A stretch of 64,000 nt of DNA, from contig NIVC01003171.1 in the NCBI GenBank assembly GCA_002269645.1, positions 51,103 to 115,102 of the forward strand. Reading direction: 5' to 3'. The notes under the pieces are model-generated. The model was not told where the DNA came from and did not search any database. It saw only the letters and a program-made list of their open reading frames with translations. The translations under genes and the position numbers were made by a program. Below, piece after piece: positions 60,631 to 64,000 of the stretch; within the stretch, counting starts at the first letter, position 1, and every line of letters starts with the position of its first letter. Source of the DNA: Macrostomum lignano. Its lineage: Eukaryota.

Positions 60631-61849
60631 AGGACTTGACTTAGGACCAGGACTGTGTTGTGTTGAGAAAGTTAGACTGAATTTAGGGGTACACACGAAC
60701 TTAGCCCAAGTTGGCCTACCGACTGGTATATTTATACTTATATATTCATTTAGCTGCGACAGATCAATATCGGAAAACAGATGTACATATCTGCAAACCA
60801 ACTACACAACAGACTGATCTTCAGACTAAGAGCTGATCTTGGGGACTGCAGTCCTTTACAGCGGAACTTTTACGAGACTCAGAGATGGCTTAGGGAAAGC
60901 TTCAAGCTGCTGCGCAGGTCACAGGATAAGATGTTTACCGGACTCGAACTCGCTCGGCATAACGGGCCAGGCTTCCGGATCGCCCCACTTTGCTAAAAAA
61001 GGAATTCCCTAGCCAGCATATTTAAATACAGTTTCTGCGCCCAGACAGACAGACAGCTCTTTCTGGAGTTCGGGCTGAGTACATTCGAACTCTGCGCGCT
61101 TCAAGCGACAAGGCAGTATAAGGTGGCGCCATTGTGCAGCGAAGCATATTTCTGTGGCAGACACGCTTGTTTACTGCATGTGGCTAAAAACAGCCATGAC
61201 GTGTCTGCTGGCCTGCTGCAGTTCTTTACAAAAGTTTTACGAAAGTTTGATAAATATGCACTGTAAAACACAGCTCGTACAAGCCTTTTTTAAGTTTACA
61301 TGAAATATTAGAATTAACGCGTCAGCAGGGGAGCCATAGCCCAATGGCAGTGCAGTCACATTAATCTGGGGCTAAATTAGAATTTCGGCGTGGGGTCTGC
61401 TCGTGCAAATAATGGACTTAGAAAGTTAGAGCTGCTGTACACTCCTGTGCCACTGTGTGCCTGTGCGTATGACTGCGTACGCATCCGCGCGCTAAAGGGA
61501 GTGCACACAGCCCCTGCCTCTGATCTATAAGTAAATAGCTTGAACACTTCAGGAAAGCAGGCCACAGTTGGGTCTGTCCTAATTGCAAGGATAAGACAGA
61601 CTTTAGTTTTTATTCGAGCAAAGAAAGAGTAAAAAAATATCGCTTGAGAGTGGCTCTGAATATAAACAGTATATTGTTGAAGCTCTTTTCTACAGGTACA
61701 TCGGAGACGAGAGTCAATCATTTTCAGTTTGAAACAGCTGAGTTGATGCTTGAGTAGCTCGCAAGTTGCAATAAATATGAATTCATATTTTAATATAGTA
61801 CTCGTACTTGGACCTCGAATCGTTCCAAAGTTCCAGTCTCAATCCAAGC

Positions 61850-61945
61850 CCCAGCCCCAGCCCAGCCTCAGCCTCAGCCCCAGCCCCAGGCCCAGGCCCA
61901 GCCCCAGCCCAGCCCAGCCCCAGCCCCAGGCCCAGGCCCAGCCCC
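61850..61945. repeat. (CCCAGC)n-type hexamer tract just after the LRR gene stop
   Basis: Direct reading. Confidence 0.9.
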
Positions 61946-61954
61946 AGCTCCAGC

Positions 61955-63318
61955 CTAGCTGCCGCTCTGCAGCTGCTGCAGGAAGGAGGGGTCGGAGGTG
62001 GAGCCCCGCCGGAGCAGCCGCACAGCCGCCGGGTTGATGTCCAGCGACATCGGTTGCTGCGGCTGCTGCTGCGGCGCCGACGCCTGCTGCTGAGGCTGCT
62101 GAGACCGCTGAGTCGATGGCCCCGACTGAGGCGTTCCCATGGTGACAGCTGCCGGCTGGCGCGAGCTCAGGACGGCATCGGCGTCCGGCCCCATGGCCTG
62201 AAGATCCTCGGCGGTGTCGTCCTCCTGGCGGTACAGCATGCGGTCGGCGCTGCTGCCCAGCATGGCGAAGTAGCGCTCGATCTCGTCTGCGCCCTGCTTG
62301 CAGATCTCCAGCGGCGGATGCACCAGCGGGTTCTCGTTCAAGATGGTCGAGGTGTAGTGCCAGGACCAGTCCAGCAACTTCAGGCGGCCGAAGTTCTTCG
62401 GCAGATTCGCCACCTTGTTGAAGCCGAGCCAGACGCAGCGGAGTTGCACCTGGGAGATGTTGCGTGTTCTTGATGCTTTGCCATCTGAATGCCTTCATGC
62501 GGACTGCTCTACTAAAAGTAGTGTGCTTGAAATATGGAAAAATACGACGCGCATTTTAAACTGAGTAGAGGGGCCGATCAAACAGGAACAATTCTTAGTG
62601 ATTCAGCGATTCTTGCCCTTGCCCTTGCCCTAGCCCTAGCCCTAACCTTAGCCCTAGCCCTAGCCCTAACCTTAGCCCTAGCCCTAGCCCTAACCTTAGC
62701 CCTATAGCACAAGCCTTAGCCCTTGTCCTTGCCCTAGCCCTAACCTTAGCCCTAGCCCTAACCTTAGCCCTAGCCCTAGCCCTAACCTTAGCCCTAGCCC
62801 TATAGCCCTAGCCCTAACCTTAGCCCTAGCCCTAGCCCTAACCTTAGCCCTATAGCCCAAGCCCTAGCCCTAGCCCTAGCTTTAGCCCTAGCCCTAGCCC
62901 TATAGCCCAAGCCTTAGCCCCTAGCCCTAGCGCCACCAAGCTGCTGTCCCACCGTAGCCTCTCACCAGATCGCAGATCTCATCCGGCAAGCCCCGCAGCT
63001 GGTTGCTGAACACCATCAGCGTCTCCAAGTTGGTGAGCCTACGGATTGCCTTCGGCACCTTCTGCAGCATGTTATCGGAGATGTCGAGAAACTCCAGCTG
63101 GGTGCAGCGCAGCACAGCGGCCGGGAAGTGCACGAACTTGTTGTTGGCCAGGTGGATGCTCTTCAACTGGGTGAGGTCGCCGATCTCAGGTGGCAGGCTG
63201 CTCAACCAGTTGTTGCTGAGCGCCAGGCGCTCGAGGTTCTCCAGCAGGCCGATCTCGCCGGGCACCTTGGCGAGGTCGTTCGTGTCCAGCAGAAGGATGC
63301 GGAGGTTCTTCAGCTTGC
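61955..63318 (-). CDS. 3' exons of a leucine-rich-repeat protein (SHOC2/PIRL-type LRRs, LRR C-cap)
   Basis: Exons 62966-63318 and 61955-62449, phase-compatible. LxxLxLxxNxLxxLPxEIGxL repeats; ENPLVHPPLEICKQGADEIERYF cap; upstream exons lie outside the window. Confidence 0.9.
62615..62925. repeat. Telomere-like (CCCTAG/CCCTAA/CCTTAG) intronic tract
   Basis: Hexamer mosaic containing canonical CCCTAA. Confidence 0.9.
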
Positions 63319-63419
63319 CTGCGGGAGGCAGTGCTCTTAACTAATTGACGAATCACTCTGTTCTTAGCGCATGGGTCCACAGTGATTCAGGAGCAAATCT
63401 GTAATTTTAAGAACTGAAT

Positions 63420-63860
63420 TCCGTGTTCAGAGGGCCGTATTCCCTGTGTTTGGAGGGCCGTATTCCCTGTGTTTGGAGGGCCGTATTCCCTGTGTTCAGA
63501 GGGCCGTATTCCCTGTGTTTGGAGGGCCGTATTCCCTGTGTTCAGAGGGCCGTATTCCCTGTGTTCAGAGGGCCGTATTCCCTGTGTTTGGAGGGCCGTA
63601 TTCCCTGTGTTTGGAGGGCCGTATTCCCTGTGTTCAGAGGGCCGTATTCCCTGTGTTCAGAGGGCCGTATTCCCTGTGTTTGGAGGGCCGTATTCCCTGT
63701 GTTCAGAGGGCCGTATTCCCTGTGTTTGGAGGGCCGTATTCCCTTTGTTTAGAGGGCCGTATTCTCTGTGTTCAGAGGGCCGTATTCCCTGTGTTCAGAG
63801 GGCCGTATTCCCTTTGTTTAGAGGGCCGTATTCCCTTTGTTTAGAGGGCCATATTTCCTG
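63420..63860. repeat. 23-bp minisatellite (GGGCCGTATTCCCTGTGTTCAGA), intronic
   Basis: About 19 copies. Confidence 0.97.
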
Positions 63861-63874
63861 TGTTTAAAGGTTTT

Positions 63875-64000
63875 AGGTTTTGGTTGTGGTTTGGGCGTCG
63901 ACTCGCGCTTGAAGGCCGGGGATTCGATTCCCGATACCACTAGAACAATTTGTCTCTGAGTAAGACACTTAACTCTTACATTGCGTCAGTTCACCCAGCT
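63875..64000 (+). mobile_element. Second copy of the tRNA-derived SINE (truncated by the window end)
   Basis: A-box-like TGGTTGTGGTT, B-box GATTCGATTCCC, and ...CACTTAAC...CAGTTCACCCAGCT shared with the copy at 58425. Confidence 0.75.

Noticed and set aside
60492-60847. 14-bp direct repeat TGATCTTGGGGACT as a TSD of a 340-bp insertion
   Set aside because: Overlaps a GGGACT-rich minisatellite, so the match may derive from the repeat itself.

Overview
This is animal (eukaryotic) genomic DNA. It has GC-rich exons with GT-AG introns, most of them filled by a different micro- or minisatellite, plus AT-rich CpG-depleted transposon debris. The style resembles repeat-rich free-living flatworm DNA such as Macrostomum (inference, not checked). 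Most long ORFs in the supplied track are repeat-translation artefacts. Supported genes: a Q/P-rich exon (-, runs off the left edge); a disrupted type-II-membrane FkbM-family methyltransferase; an intronless DEG/ENaC channel with one frameshift; a 5-exon tetraspanin; an IQCM homologue with a small secreted Gly/Tyr-rich gene nested in one of its introns; two orphan genes with hydrophobic N-terminal helices, one ending in a RHIM-like motif; a decaying multi-CUB/PAN locus; an unknown membrane-protein gene; and the 3' exons of an LRR gene. Mobile DNA: a Merlin (IS1016-like) transposon with TIRs and a degenerate TSD, a Penelope-like element with a minimal hammerhead ribozyme, a hAT-type MITE, an RNase H-bearing LINE inserted with a 9-bp TSD into a probable solo LTR, and two tRNA-derived SINEs. 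Best leads: (1) a hammerhead-like fold with an extra hairpin at position 7 just upstream of the LTR polyA signal; (2) an array of eight 27-28 nt GT-AG intron-like units alternating with micro-exon-like spacers whose full splicing keeps the frame into a PAN-like domain; (3) a membrane protein with a C-terminal RHIM-like amyloid motif; (4) intronic minisatellites built from AG|GT splice motifs. No CRISPR, rRNA or intact tRNA genes were seen.
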